Shown piece by piece: positions 53,661 to 63,185 of a DNA stretch of 64,000 bases; within the stretch, counting starts at the first letter, position 1, and each line of letters begins with the position of its first letter. The notes beneath the pieces were generated by a model. The model was not told the origin of the DNA and did no database searches. It was given only the letters and a program-made list of their open reading frames with translations. A program made the position numbers and the translations under genes. This DNA is from an uncultured Candidatus Saccharibacteria bacterium (GTDB taxonomy: Bacteria; Patescibacteriota; Minisyncoccia; Minisyncoccales; PEYH01): positions 5,892 to 69,891 of the forward strand of contig CAZTRD010000003.1 in the NCBI GenBank assembly GCA_964616145.1, read 5' to 3'.

Positions 53661-54744
53661 AAAAGAAAATCCTGATTTTATTCTGATTATTTCTTCCTTT
53701 CTTTTGATAATGCTTGGATTTATAGCTTTGGCTAGCGCATCAGGACCTATATCTATTGAGCTTACGGGAAATAGCTTTTATTTCCTAAAGCATCAATTAA
53801 TTTATGGCCTTATTCTCGGCCTGATAGCGATGTTTATTTTTTATAAATTGAAACCTGATTTTTTCAGAAAATATTCTTTTATCTTTTTTGCTGCTACTGT
53901 ATTACTAGCTTTGGCTGTTTTTCTTCCAAAGATAGGATCTATAGTTTCTGGTGGGAGAAGATGGATAGAAATATTTGGAGTCAGTTTTCAACCATCGGAA
54001 TTTTTAAAACTTGGCTTCATTTTATACTTGTCTGCCTGGGTTCATAAATTTAAAGATTCAAAAGAAAAATTCAAAACTGTATTGATCCCGTTTCTTATTA
54101 TTTTATTATTAGTTTCAACAATTCTAATTCTTCAAAAGGACTTGGGAACTCTAATTATAATCTTTACTATTAGTGTTTTCATATATTTCACTGCCGATAC
54201 TCCATTTTCTCATACCGCCATTATTATTGTTTTAGCTCTTCTTGCATTTGTTTACCTTATCTTTTTTGAACAATACAGAGTCAATAGAATGATGGTTTTC
54301 TTGAATCCTGAGCTGGATCCCCAAGGAGCAGGGTATCATATAAAACAAGCGATAATATCTGTGGGATCTGGCGGATTATTCGGCAGAGGTTTAGGATTGG
54401 GAGAACAACGCTTCGGATTTATCCCAGAACCGACAACTGATTCTATCTTTGCAATTTTTGGAGAGGAAGCTGGATTCGTAGGAACATTTTCTATTGTTTT
54501 ATTGTTTATTGTCTTCGCCTGGAGAAATATTAAGATTGCCAAGGAGCAGAATAATGAATTCTATAGATCTGTAATAATTGGAATAACGACATGGTTCGTA
54601 ATTCAAGCTATAGTTAATATGGGCTCAATGATAGGGATATTGCCGTTAACTGGAATCCCTTTAACCTTTCTAAGCTATGGGGGGTCAGCTCTCTTAAGCG
54701 AATTAGCAGCTTTAGGAATATTATTAAACATATCCAAGAAATAA
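53644..54744 (+). CDS. ftsW: SEDS-family peptidoglycan polymerase FtsW/RodA
   Basis: Ten TM helices with 'FQPSEFLKL', 'QKDLGT', 'TDSIFAIFGEEAGFVG' and 'LPLTGIPLTFLSYGGSA'. Confidence 0.9.
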   Translation: MSKTVKKENPDFILIISSFLLIMLGFIALASASGPISIELTGNSFYFLKHQLIYGLILGLIAMFIFYKLKPDFFRKYSFIFFAATVLLALAVFLPKIGSIVSGGRRWIEIFGVSFQPSEFLKLGFILYLSAWVHKFKDSKEKFKTVLIPFLIILLLVSTILILQKDLGTLIIIFTISVFIYFTADTPFSHTAIIIVLALLAFVYLIFFEQYRVNRMMVFLNPELDPQGAGYHIKQAIISVGSGGLFGRGLGLGEQRFGFIPEPTTDSIFAIFGEEAGFVGTFSIVLLFIVFAWRNIKIAKEQNNEFYRSVIIGITTWFVIQAIVNMGSMIGILPLTGIPLTFLSYGGSALLSELAALGILLNISKK

Positions 54745-54748
54745 ACAT

Positions 54749-55879
54749 ATGAAAATTGTATTTACTGGAGGAGGAACTGGCGGGCATATTTTTCCGATAA
54801 TAGCCATTGCCAGGGAGTTAAAAACAATTTGTTTCAACAAAAAAGAAAGATTAGAAATGTTTTTTGTTGGCCCCGGGGACAATAATTTAATAAAAACTTT
54901 TTCTAAAGAGAATATTTTTGTAAAAATTATCCCTGCTGGAAAATTAAGAAGATATTTTTCATTAGAAAACATTTCTGATATATTGTTTAAAATTCCTGCT
55001 GGAATTTTTAAAGCAACGATGTTTTTAATAAAAGCCAGGCCGGATATTGTTTTCAGCAAGGGGGGGTTCGGATCATTGCCAGTGGTCTATGCCGCAAAGA
55101 TATTAAGCATACCGGTGATAGTTCATGAATCGGATGCAGCCGTAGGGTTAGCCAACAGAAAAGCATTCAAATCAGCCAAGATTATCATCACCGGCTTTCC
55201 TTTATCTGATAATTTAATTCCCAAAGAGAAGGCGATATTCTTAGGAAATCCTTTAAGAAAAGAATTGCTGAACGGCAGCAAAGAAGAGGGGATTAAGATA
55301 TTTAATATTACCCAAGAGAAGCCAATTCTTTTGATTTTTGGAGGATCCCAGGGAGCGGTGAGAATAAACAACGCTGTGTTGGAAGCATTGAATAAAATCT
55401 TGGATTTATTTGAGATAATCCATCAATGCGGAGAAACCAATTATCAAGAAATGAAAAATCAAACAAATATAATATTTCAGCAAAATCCGGAAAAGGAGAA
55501 ATATTATCATTTGTATGGATTCTTAAATGAGGAACAAATGAAGCATGCTTTTAAAATATCAAATTTGATTATCACCAGAGCTGGCGCTGGAATCATTTTT
55601 GAGGTCTTGGCCTGCGGAATTCCAAGCATTTTGATTCCATTGAAAGAATCTGCTCAAGATCATCAGCAAAAAAATGCATACTTTGTCCAAGAAAGGGGAG
55701 CGGGGATAGTAATAGAAGAACAGAATCTAATGCCCAACTATTTGATTGAGAGATTGAAAGGATTTTTCTCTTCCCCTGATCTTTCAAAGCAGATGTCCAA
55801 GAAAGCATTGGAGATATCAATGCCAAATTCCGCCTATCGAATAGCAGACCTTATCATTGACTTTGTAAAGAAAAACTGA
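54749..55879 (+). CDS. murG: UDP-N-acetylglucosamine--N-acetylmuramyl-(pentapeptide) pyrophosphoryl-undecaprenol GlcNAc transferase
   Basis: 'FTGGGTGGHIFP', 'IFGGSQGA' and 'RAGAGIIFEVLACGIPSILIP...DHQQKNA'. Confidence 0.9.
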   Translation: MKIVFTGGGTGGHIFPIIAIARELKTICFNKKERLEMFFVGPGDNNLIKTFSKENIFVKIIPAGKLRRYFSLENISDILFKIPAGIFKATMFLIKARPDIVFSKGGFGSLPVVYAAKILSIPVIVHESDAAVGLANRKAFKSAKIIITGFPLSDNLIPKEKAIFLGNPLRKELLNGSKEEGIKIFNITQEKPILLIFGGSQGAVRINNAVLEALNKILDLFEIIHQCGETNYQEMKNQTNIIFQQNPEKEKYYHLYGFLNEEQMKHAFKISNLIITRAGAGIIFEVLACGIPSILIPLKESAQDHQQKNAYFVQERGAGIVIEEQNLMPNYLIERLKGFFSSPDLSKQMSKKALEISMPNSAYRIADLIIDFVKKN

Positions 55880-55892
55880 TTTAATATATTAT

Positions 55893-57479
55893 ATGGAGGA
55901 TTTAGATTTAAAATTTGAAAGTCCTAGAGTAAGAATAGCGCCGTCTCCAACGGGAACTTTGCATATTGGAACAGTAAGATCCGCATTATTTAATTATCTT
56001 TTCAGCCAGAAATATGGCGGCAAATTTATCCTGCGAATAGAGGATACGGATACAGCCAGATCAGAGGAGAAATGGGTAAAAGATATCGTTGATGGATTAA
56101 AATGGCTGGGGATTAGTTGGGATGAAGGTCCGAATCCAGAAAACTCTCAAGAGGATATCGGGGAATTTGGTCCATATCGTCAGATCAAAAGAAAGAAGAT
56201 ATATGCAAAATATATTCAAAAACTTTTAGATGAAGGCAAGGCATATTATTGTTTTTGCACAGTTGAAGAATTAGAAGCGCAAAAACAATATTTGATGAGC
56301 ATAGGAAAGCCACCGATATATAGTGGTAAATGCAGGGATTTAACCAAAGCTCAGGTAGAAGAAAATTTAAAGAATAAAAAACCATATGTGATTCGTTTAA
56401 AAACTCCCAAAGAGAAAATTGTTTTCGAAGACTTAGTTCATGGAAAAGTAGAAACAGATTCAGAATTATTGGGAGATATTGTGATAGCTAAAGGATTAGA
56501 TAACCCATTATACAATCTAGCTGCAGTAATAGATGATTTTGAAATGCAAATCACTCATGTTATCAGAGGAGAGGATCACATTTCCAATACTCCAAAGCAA
56601 ATCCTCTTATATCAAGCATTGAATCTTAAAATTCCTCAGTTTGCCCATATTCCATTGATTCTAGGATCGGATAGAAGCAAGTTAAGCAAACGCCATGGAG
56701 CAGTTTCCGTGAATCAATATAGGGAGGAAGGATATCTTCCGGAAGCTATAATAAATTTTATTGCTTTTTTGGGCTGGAATCCCGGGGATAATAGGGAAAT
56801 ATATTCTATCAATCAATTGATCAAGGATTTTTCATTAAAGAATTGCCATAAATCGGCTGCGGTCTTTAATCCTCAGAAACTATTGTGGCTTAATGGTTTT
56901 TACATCCGCCAAAAAAATCTTACAAAATTAACAGAATTATGTATTCCATATTTAATTAAGGCGGGATTGATTAAAGAAATAAAGGATACGGAAAAATTAC
57001 CTCCGGTTTTTGGACAAGAGCCAACAGGACAAAAATATTTGATTTTAGAAACAAAAGAAATGACTGACAGCATAGCAATAGAGAAAATGATTTTATTGTA
57101 TCAAGAAAGATTAAAGATTTTATCTGAAATCGCTGATTTAACAGATTTCTTCTTTAAAAAAGATTTAGATTATAATCCTAAACTATTAAAATGGAAAGAT
57201 GCAGATAATGATATGATATTGAAGGCCTTGAATCTTTTGGAAGAAAAACTTTCTTCTGTTGAAGAATCTGATTGGAGAAAACAAACACTTTTAGATTTAA
57301 TTGGTCCGGAAGCAGAAATATTTAAAGATGGTAATAGGGGTTATCTGCTATGGCCCCTAAGAGCTGCTTTGTCTGGAAAAGATGCATCTGCTGGACCATT
57401 TGAGATAGCTGAAGCGCTTGGAAAGGATAAAACAATGGAAAGAATCGTAAAAGCCAAAGAACTAGTTGCCAAGGGTTAG
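55893..57479 (+). CDS. gltX: Glutamate--tRNA ligase
   Basis: 'RIAPSPTGTLHIGTVRSALFNYL' (HIGH), 'ILRIEDTD' and 'KLSKRHG' (KMSKS). Confidence 0.9.
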   Translation: MEDLDLKFESPRVRIAPSPTGTLHIGTVRSALFNYLFSQKYGGKFILRIEDTDTARSEEKWVKDIVDGLKWLGISWDEGPNPENSQEDIGEFGPYRQIKRKKIYAKYIQKLLDEGKAYYCFCTVEELEAQKQYLMSIGKPPIYSGKCRDLTKAQVEENLKNKKPYVIRLKTPKEKIVFEDLVHGKVETDSELLGDIVIAKGLDNPLYNLAAVIDDFEMQITHVIRGEDHISNTPKQILLYQALNLKIPQFAHIPLILGSDRSKLSKRHGAVSVNQYREEGYLPEAIINFIAFLGWNPGDNREIYSINQLIKDFSLKNCHKSAAVFNPQKLLWLNGFYIRQKNLTKLTELCIPYLIKAGLIKEIKDTEKLPPVFGQEPTGQKYLILETKEMTDSIAIEKMILLYQERLKILSEIADLTDFFFKKDLDYNPKLLKWKDADNDMILKALNLLEEKLSSVEESDWRKQTLLDLIGPEAEIFKDGNRGYLLWPLRAALSGKDASAGPFEIAEALGKDKTMERIVKAKELVAKG

Positions 57480-57502
57480 ATAATTTTTGTATAATATATA
57501 AT

Positions 57503-57787
57503 ATGGCAAGAATAAATAAAAAAATATTGGGATTCTCTATATTGCTTTGTATCCTAGGGTTAACCTTGATGCCGGTTTTGGTAAGTGCTAATATTACGTC
57601 ATCGACCTCATCGTTATACGACCTGGATTCGATAGACATCAACAAAGTAGGGGAGAGCTCTAAAAACTTCTTGCAAAAGATGTTTGATAAGATAGAAAAT
57701 TGGTGGAATTCTCAGGGATCAAGTTGGGTAAAAAATATTTATTACAAAATTGTTGCGTTCTTGAATAAGACCGTAGTTATAAAATAG
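57503..57787 (+). CDS. Small secreted protein (94 aa)
   Basis: Signal peptide 'ILGFSILLCILGLTLMPVLVSA/NI'. No family recognised. Confidence 0.45.
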   Translation: MARINKKILGFSILLCILGLTLMPVLVSANITSSTSSLYDLDSIDINKVGESSKNFLQKMFDKIENWWNSQGSSWVKNIYYKIVAFLNKTVVIK

Positions 57788-57874
57788 GCAGGAGAATGCG
57801 TCGCAGAAGTCATCAAATTTAGCGTTTAAAGGCCTTTGTGAGCGATTTTAGACCGAAACACGGGGAAAAGGTCA

Positions 57875-57903
57875 TTGACAGGGGTTTTGCCCCTATATAT
57901 AAT
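57875..57903 (+). promoter_or_regulatory. Consensus sigma70 promoter upstream of the recombinase pair
   Basis: TTGACA (57875-57880), a 17-nt spacer (containing GGGGTTTTGCCCC), then TATAAT (57898-57903). The TTG 'start' of the track ORF is the -35 hexamer. Confidence 0.6.
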
Positions 57904-57946
57904 GAATATTGTTACTGAGTATAATAACTCTTACACTCATAAATAC

Positions 57947-59320
57947 ATGCTGAAAAGCCATCTTCCTATAGCAAAACACATACCGTCATTTTTAAATTAT
58001 TGCGATGATAAGGGTCTTTCAGAAAAAACTAATATTAATTATGAATCTTTTTTGAAAAGATTTTTAAAATGGTTGGAAAAAGAAAATAAAAATAATCTAC
58101 TTCCCCATGAACTTACTGTCACCGATATTAATTCTTATAAAACATATTTATCCTCCTTTTCGGGCAAAAACGGCCAAACGCTTAAAACAATTACACAAAA
58201 CTACTATTTAATCGCTTTAAGGGCTCTTATGAGCTATTTTACGGTGAAAGACATAGAATCAATCCCTTTTAGCAAGATACATCTTTTAGAAAATAAAAAA
58301 ATCAGAAAAGATATAAATTTGCTTGACCAAAATCAAATCAGACAACTTTTAACATCTCCTAGCACGCTAAATTCTATTGGCTTACGCGATAGAGCTATCT
58401 TGGGAATATTAATTTATGGCGGTCCGAAGGTTGATCAATTGAAAAATCTTAATAAAAACCAGATCGAGCAGGACGAATTTATTCCGAAAGAGGTTCTCCA
58501 GATGGTTAAAGCATATTTAAGAACCAGAGATGACGACTGTGAGGCTTTATTTATTAATTATCGTCATGGAAAACATATTCATGAGAGATTGACATCTCGT
58601 TCTATACAAAGAATTATTAATTATCATGGAAAAAAAGTTAAACTACCCTTTCCTATTACTCCGGAGGCGTTAAGGTGGTCCCGCGCTTATGCTCTTTTGA
58701 ATAAAAGAGTTGAGATTGAAAAAGCGTATTCTCACAGAATATTTACGATTAAAGATTATAGTAGCACAAAAATTACATCAAATTTTATTGACAATCCCAA
58801 AGCAATAAAAATCCCCTCCCCTACTTGGTATATTGTTGAAAATATCATTGAAAAAGAAATATCCTGGCTAAGGAGCACTCTTTCTTTCTTGCCTGAAGGA
58901 TATAAATTAAATCCTTCTTTCTTAAGATGCGATGATTGTATTTTAAGAAAAATAGCAATTTTAATTGCAAGCGGAACAGTTAAGGCAACTCAATTTGAAG
59001 GCAAAAATAATGAAGATATGTGGAACGGTCTTATAAAGGAACCCGGTCTTAAAAGGTTAAGTAGCCATGGACAGGAATGGCATAAAAAAATGATGGATGT
59101 AGTTCATGGATATTTTAATTCGAAAAATTATAAGGTAGTCTCGGAACCGGCTCTAAATTATGGGCGCGCAGATTTAGAGGTTTATTCAAATCATGAAAAA
59201 ACTATTGTTGAGGTCGGGACCGTTTCGTTGTATAAACTTTGGTACAATCTTTCAACAATGAAAAATGTTAATTTCTTAATTATCCCCTCTGAAAACGTAA
59301 TTATAGAATTTAATACATGA
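57947..59320 (+). CDS. Tyrosine-recombinase-like protein with degenerate catalytic residues and an extra C-terminal (possibly nuclease-fold) domain
   Basis: The N-terminal SAM-like core-binding domain is 'FLNYCDDKGLSEKTNINYESFLKRFLKW'. 'GLRDRAILGILIYGGPKVDQLKNL' has Lys where the family has the catalytic Arg (GLRxSE). 'ITPEALRWSRAY' replaces HxLRH. 'IEKAYSHR' retains a Tyr. The extra ~170 aa end in 'YKVVSEPALNYGRADLEVYSNHEKTIVEVGT'. Start taken at ATG 57947, downstream of the promoter. Confidence 0.6.
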   Translation: MLKSHLPIAKHIPSFLNYCDDKGLSEKTNINYESFLKRFLKWLEKENKNNLLPHELTVTDINSYKTYLSSFSGKNGQTLKTITQNYYLIALRALMSYFTVKDIESIPFSKIHLLENKKIRKDINLLDQNQIRQLLTSPSTLNSIGLRDRAILGILIYGGPKVDQLKNLNKNQIEQDEFIPKEVLQMVKAYLRTRDDDCEALFINYRHGKHIHERLTSRSIQRIINYHGKKVKLPFPITPEALRWSRAYALLNKRVEIEKAYSHRIFTIKDYSSTKITSNFIDNPKAIKIPSPTWYIVENIIEKEISWLRSTLSFLPEGYKLNPSFLRCDDCILRKIAILIASGTVKATQFEGKNNEDMWNGLIKEPGLKRLSSHGQEWHKKMMDVVHGYFNSKNYKVVSEPALNYGRADLEVYSNHEKTIVEVGTVSLYKLWYNLSTMKNVNFLIIPSENVIIEFNT

Positions 59321-59324
59321 TCAA

Positions 59325-60266
59325 ATGGAAAAAAACCCACTTCCTAAATTGGATGATTTTCTTCTAAATTTACAGGTGAACAATCTTTCTCAAGAAACGG
59401 TCTATAATTATGAAAGAGATTTAGAAGTATTCCAAAATTTCCTGCAAGAAATAAATATTGATTTTGATAATGTTAATAAAATGACTATTCTTAATTACAA
59501 GGCCTATTTGGTATCACGAGACCGAAAAACTCCTAAAAAACATCTGGGAGAGAAAAAACTTAATGAATATTCTATTAATAGAATGCTATCCTCCTTGCGA
59601 TCTTATTTCAAATATCTTGTAGATATGGATTACGACTCCCCTATTTCTCCCGAATCTATAAAACTTATAAAAACAACTCGTAAACATCCCCAGGTGGCGG
59701 AATTCAATGAAATCGTAAAATTAATAGAATCCCCTAGCCATATGGAGAAAAATAAACAAATAGCAGCAAGGAATCGCGCTATGTTAGAAATGCTCTTCTC
59801 TACCGGCATGAGAATCTCAGAATTAGTCGGATTAAAAACTACTCAAATCGACAATTCTGGACGTATTTTTATTTTGGGGAAGGGGAAAAAAGAAAGATTT
59901 GTCTATTTGACAGCTCGGGCACAAGAATATCTGAAACAATATTTGGATATAAAAGGTCCAGCTTCTTCACCATTTCTTTTTGTCCCCTATCGTGGAAGAA
60001 ATGTAGGAAAAAAGGATAAAAAAATATCAGCAAATTATTTGCAAGAAAAAATAAAAAAATATAGAGAATTATTAGGCATCAATATTCCTATATCTGCCCA
60101 TTCATTACGTCATGGATTTGCGACTTATTTGGCTGAGAATGGCGCAAATCCTGCGGCAATACAAATATTATTAGGTCACGAATCATTAGATACTACAACT
60201 AGATATGTACATGCTTCGGATCGTTACGCAGAAAAAACACATCGGCAATTTCATCCCCTTAAATAA
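59325..60266 (+). CDS. Site-specific tyrosine recombinase, XerC/XerD family
   Basis: 'RNRAMLEMLFSTGMRISELVGLK' (Arg I), 'GKGKKERFVYL' (Lys), 'HSLRHGFATYL' (His-x-x-Arg) and 'LLGHESLDTTTRYVH' (His, Tyr). Confidence 0.9.
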   Translation: MEKNPLPKLDDFLLNLQVNNLSQETVYNYERDLEVFQNFLQEINIDFDNVNKMTILNYKAYLVSRDRKTPKKHLGEKKLNEYSINRMLSSLRSYFKYLVDMDYDSPISPESIKLIKTTRKHPQVAEFNEIVKLIESPSHMEKNKQIAARNRAMLEMLFSTGMRISELVGLKTTQIDNSGRIFILGKGKKERFVYLTARAQEYLKQYLDIKGPASSPFLFVPYRGRNVGKKDKKISANYLQEKIKKYRELLGINIPISAHSLRHGFATYLAENGANPAAIQILLGHESLDTTTRYVHASDRYAEKTHRQFHPLK

Positions 60267-60323
60267 AAATATTGTCTTTTATATGTCATTACAGGTATTC
60301 TCTGGCAAAAGTGGAAAACATAC

Positions 60324-60352
60324 TTGACAAGTATTTTGGCTTTTGATATGAT
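60324..60352 (+). promoter_or_regulatory. Consensus sigma70 promoter with no ORF downstream
   Basis: TTGACA (60324-60329), a 17-nt spacer, then TGaTATGAT (extended -10; 60347-60352). Confidence 0.55.
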
Positions 60353-60358
60353 GAACTT

Positions 60359-60442
60359 GTCGTTCTTGAGGATTTGCGCAAGCAAGTCTTCGAGGCGACA
60401 TAGAAACTCGCCTTAGCTTTTAGCTCGGGTGAGTTTCTTTTT
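60359..60442 (+). ncRNA. Candidate ~84-nt small RNA (promoter-to-terminator unit, no family recognised)
   Basis: The predicted TSS at ~60359 is followed by a 5' hairpin (GUCG 60359-60362 / CGAC 60396-60399, with inner CUUG/CAAG). A strong + strand-specific terminator follows: GAAACUCGCC...GGGUGAGUUUC (60403-60437) plus UUUUU. No ORF of meaningful length is present, and the next gene is on the opposite strand. Confidence 0.4.
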
Positions 60443-60448
60443 GGGAAA

Positions 60449-61255
60449 CTATATTCCTTCCCAAAGAGTTTTAAGGGAAGAATCTGATATATAGGATAAA
60501 AGATCAGCTGCTGGAATTTTTACTTCATCAGCTCCAGCAATCATTGATCCCATTTGATCATTAGAAAATTGGATTAACATTTCTTCTTTGTTGAATCCGA
60601 AATTAGAAAAGTTCTCTTTTTGGGCACTTGTTGTATTTTTAATCCAATTTACGATTTCTTTATCGCTGGAAGAATATACGTTGGTCAACTGTTGAGAAGT
60701 TGTAGCGGCAAGAAAAGACAAGTAGTCGCTTTCCTGGTTAAAAATAGTATCAAGAGTTAATTCTTTTGAATTAGCTATATCATAATTTAGAACTTTGCTT
60801 TCTATAACTAGATCAGTAGCTCCGGATAAATACTTGCTGTATGTTATTCGTATGCTGAATAATGATTCTGAAAAGAATATGGCCTCGTATTCTCCCTCCA
60901 AGGAACTTTGCATAGTTTCAGTTGTTTCTTTAGGAAGATCTGCTTTAAAATCATTTATCAAATCATCTAGGGATTGCGTAATAAAAAGATTGGCAACCTC
61001 TTGTTTTTGAGAATCCTTTAAATCCACAATAACTGGCTTTTCAAGATAGATAGAATACTGATCTTGATTATCTTCAATGATTTCTTCTCCAATAGTAGCA
61101 AGCTTTTCTTCAACTATCACTGTTTCCTGCTGACTGTTTTTTGTATCAGTTTCTTTATCGCTATTCCTCCCGTATCTTGGGAAGATAAAAGTTGAGGATA
61201 CCATTATTATCAATATCCCGGCTATGTATAATAGGATTCTGTTTCTTGGAGTCAT
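60449..61255 (-). CDS. Membrane-anchored protein (possibly DUF3298/DUF4163-like)
   Basis: N-terminal TM 'ILLYIAGILIIMVSSTFIF'. The remainder is soluble; 'FSIRITYSKYLSGATDLVIESKVLNYDIANSKELTLDTIF' weakly recalls DUF3298. Confidence 0.4.
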   Translation of the reverse strand: MTPRNRILLYIAGILIIMVSSTFIFPRYGRNSDKETDTKNSQQETVIVEEKLATIGEEIIEDNQDQYSIYLEKPVIVDLKDSQKQEVANLFITQSLDDLINDFKADLPKETTETMQSSLEGEYEAIFFSESLFSIRITYSKYLSGATDLVIESKVLNYDIANSKELTLDTIFNQESDYLSFLAATTSQQLTNVYSSSDKEIVNWIKNTTSAQKENFSNFGFNKEEMLIQFSNDQMGSMIAGADEVKIPAADLLSYISDSSLKTLWEGI

Positions 61256-61268
61256 TTTTTAATATTAA

Positions 61269-61775
61269 TTAAGGTTGTAATATATCCTCTGTTCTGCCAT
61301 CAATTGAAACAATCACTTCTTCAACTGCCGGAAATTGTTTTAAGGTTGTTACTATTTGCGACATAATCATTGCTACCATGCAAGAACCTCCTATCCCCTC
61401 TTCCAATTTCTCGTTGAAATCAATTTTGAGAGTTCCGTCTTCAATGGATATCTTTTGAATCTCCACTCCTTTATTTATTCCAGTTATATATCCTTGAGAC
61501 TTTTCTTCGTCGGTTGGTCCCTTTAATAATTCTTCTACAGTGGCTTTGGCTATTTGAGGGATTGTTTTGATTTCTCTTCTCACTGGATACACTAATTTAC
61601 AATCCATTGTTTGAGGATTCATAATCGTATTACCAAAGAACACGCGAACCTCTGTTTTTTCCTCTTGCTCGTTCTTAATTATGGCTTTTTGAGTAAAGAT
61701 ACCAATAATTATTATTCCCACCAAGAGAACTGCAAAACTAAGAGGAACAATGAATTTTTTCATGTTATAGTCCAA
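61269..61775 (-). CDS. GerMN-domain protein (membrane-anchored)
   Basis: N-terminal TM, then 'VRVFFGN...CKLVYPVRREIKTIPQIAKATVEELLKGPTDEEKSQGYITGINKGVEIQKISIEDGTLKIDF', the pattern of GerM/Gmad2-type domains. Confidence 0.6.
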   Translation of the reverse strand: MDYNMKKFIVPLSFAVLLVGIIIIGIFTQKAIIKNEQEEKTEVRVFFGNTIMNPQTMDCKLVYPVRREIKTIPQIAKATVEELLKGPTDEEKSQGYITGINKGVEIQKISIEDGTLKIDFNEKLEEGIGGSCMVAMIMSQIVTTLKQFPAVEEVIVSIDGRTEDILQP

Positions 61776-63180
61776 GTCCTAGGATGTAAATTATAAAATA
61801 AGATAGTACGACAAAAAGGATTGAGAATAGAGGGATAAACAAGATTTTCCTCCAATCAGACATTCTAAATCCTCCTACCCTGTATCCCCTCTTTTGCAAA
61901 GCATAAAACAGTTCTTTATCCTCAAGCTTTATCGCTTTGGTCCTGACAAAGATAGTAGCGATAATCAATCCTAGTAAAGTTAAACAATTAGATAATCCTA
62001 ACACTAGGAATTTCCAGAAACCATTCTTTCTTCTTGCTTCTCTGAAACAAATTAGACCTGCAATCAAACCAACCAGAGCTGAAAGGATAATGAATATGAT
62101 GACAAATAGGATGACGGGATGGAAATATATGAATGAAGCGTAATCTACGCCAGCCGGAGCCCCTTTATTAATCCATAAATCCTCTGAAAGCAACTTTGAC
62201 GGTGAATTGATAGTTATCTTTGTATATTTTACAAAATCAGCAGAATCTTGATTGCTGTAAAATATTTGAGGATTCTTACGGCTATAGTGATCAATGAAAT
62301 AATCTACTGTTGCATATGGTTCTATATCCTTGAATATTTCTGGACTGACAAATCCTTTTACCAAGACAGTGGTCGGGATAACTTTGCTTTCATATACACT
62401 GGTTGGCATTAAAGGATAATATGCTTGATCTGTGGGGAATGCCACAAAAACTCCTTTATTTCTTTTTTTGTAATAATTGTATGAATAATCATATTCGTAG
62501 ATATCCGTAGTACTGGTAGCATTGGCAATACTATTTTCCGTTAACCAGGAGACGACAAAAGTAAAATCTTTCCCGATATAGTTGCTTAAGACCGGTATAG
62601 ATCCTTCGACTACATTCAGATTTTTACTCTTTAAATAATTATATAATCCAAAGCTTGTTTGGGCTGTAAGGATTTCTGTAGTAATTCCCTCTTTTTCCAG
62701 ATGCTCATATACTACAACATCTTGTTTTATCGTATCCCCTGCTGTCGCTGCTCCTAGTTCAGGAAGTGCGCTTGTTGGCGCAGAACTATAATAATGCCGT
62801 TGAGGAAAAAATAATGGATAACCTTGGGTAATACCCAATGCAAATCTTATATCTCTAAGATTACTTTCTGCTGCCGAGGAAACATCTTGGCCATACCAAT
62901 CAGGGAATGTATCAACCACATCTATAACAACTTTTTCCGGTTTAGCAGGAACAGGAAAAAGCCACACTCCGCTTCCAGTATCTTCTTTCAAACCAACACT
63001 GATAATCATTTTCTGCACTCCTTTTTCAAAATTGATATATGCAAGCTGGCTCTCCTCATCTCTAAACCTCCAATGATCGTAATCCGGCCAGATTACCATT
63101 CCGTCTGCTAATACAAACAAAGGAGCTATAAAGGAAAATATTGAGAGAAATATTAAAGTTTTTAAAAATGTTTTTTTCAT
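61765..63180 (-). CDS. Uncharacterised exported protein with three or four C-terminal TM helices
   Basis: Signal peptide 'LKTLIFLSIFSFIAPLFVLA', a ~330-aa extracytoplasmic part, and a C-terminal polytopic region (VILFVIIFIILSALVGLIAGLICF, LVLGLSNCLTLLGLIIATIFV, ILFIPLFSILFVVLSYFIIYILG). Confidence 0.5.
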   Translation of the reverse strand: MKKTFLKTLIFLSIFSFIAPLFVLADGMVIWPDYDHWRFRDEESQLAYINFEKGVQKMIISVGLKEDTGSGVWLFPVPAKPEKVVIDVVDTFPDWYGQDVSSAAESNLRDIRFALGITQGYPLFFPQRHYYSSAPTSALPELGAATAGDTIKQDVVVYEHLEKEGITTEILTAQTSFGLYNYLKSKNLNVVEGSIPVLSNYIGKDFTFVVSWLTENSIANATSTTDIYEYDYSYNYYKKRNKGVFVAFPTDQAYYPLMPTSVYESKVIPTTVLVKGFVSPEIFKDIEPYATVDYFIDHYSRKNPQIFYSNQDSADFVKYTKITINSPSKLLSEDLWINKGAPAGVDYASFIYFHPVILFVIIFIILSALVGLIAGLICFREARRKNGFWKFLVLGLSNCLTLLGLIIATIFVRTKAIKLEDKELFYALQKRGYRVGGFRMSDWRKILFIPLFSILFVVLSYFIIYILGLGL

Positions 63181-63185
63181 ATTTT

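Noticed and set aside
57875-57946. The TTG start at 57875 (and ATG 57902) for the recombinase-like gene.
   Set aside because: 57875-57880 is the -35 hexamer and 57898-57903 the -10 hexamer of a consensus promoter. The first start downstream of the predicted TSS is ATG 57947.
57795-60400. A possible imperfect inverted repeat flanking the recombinase pair (GCGTCGCAGAAGTC near 57800 versus GTCTTCGAGGCGAC near 60386-60399).
   Set aside because: Only about 13 of 17 positions match, and that requires a 2-nt indel. The right-hand copy is part of the candidate sRNA hairpin. This is too weak to call terminal inverted repeats.
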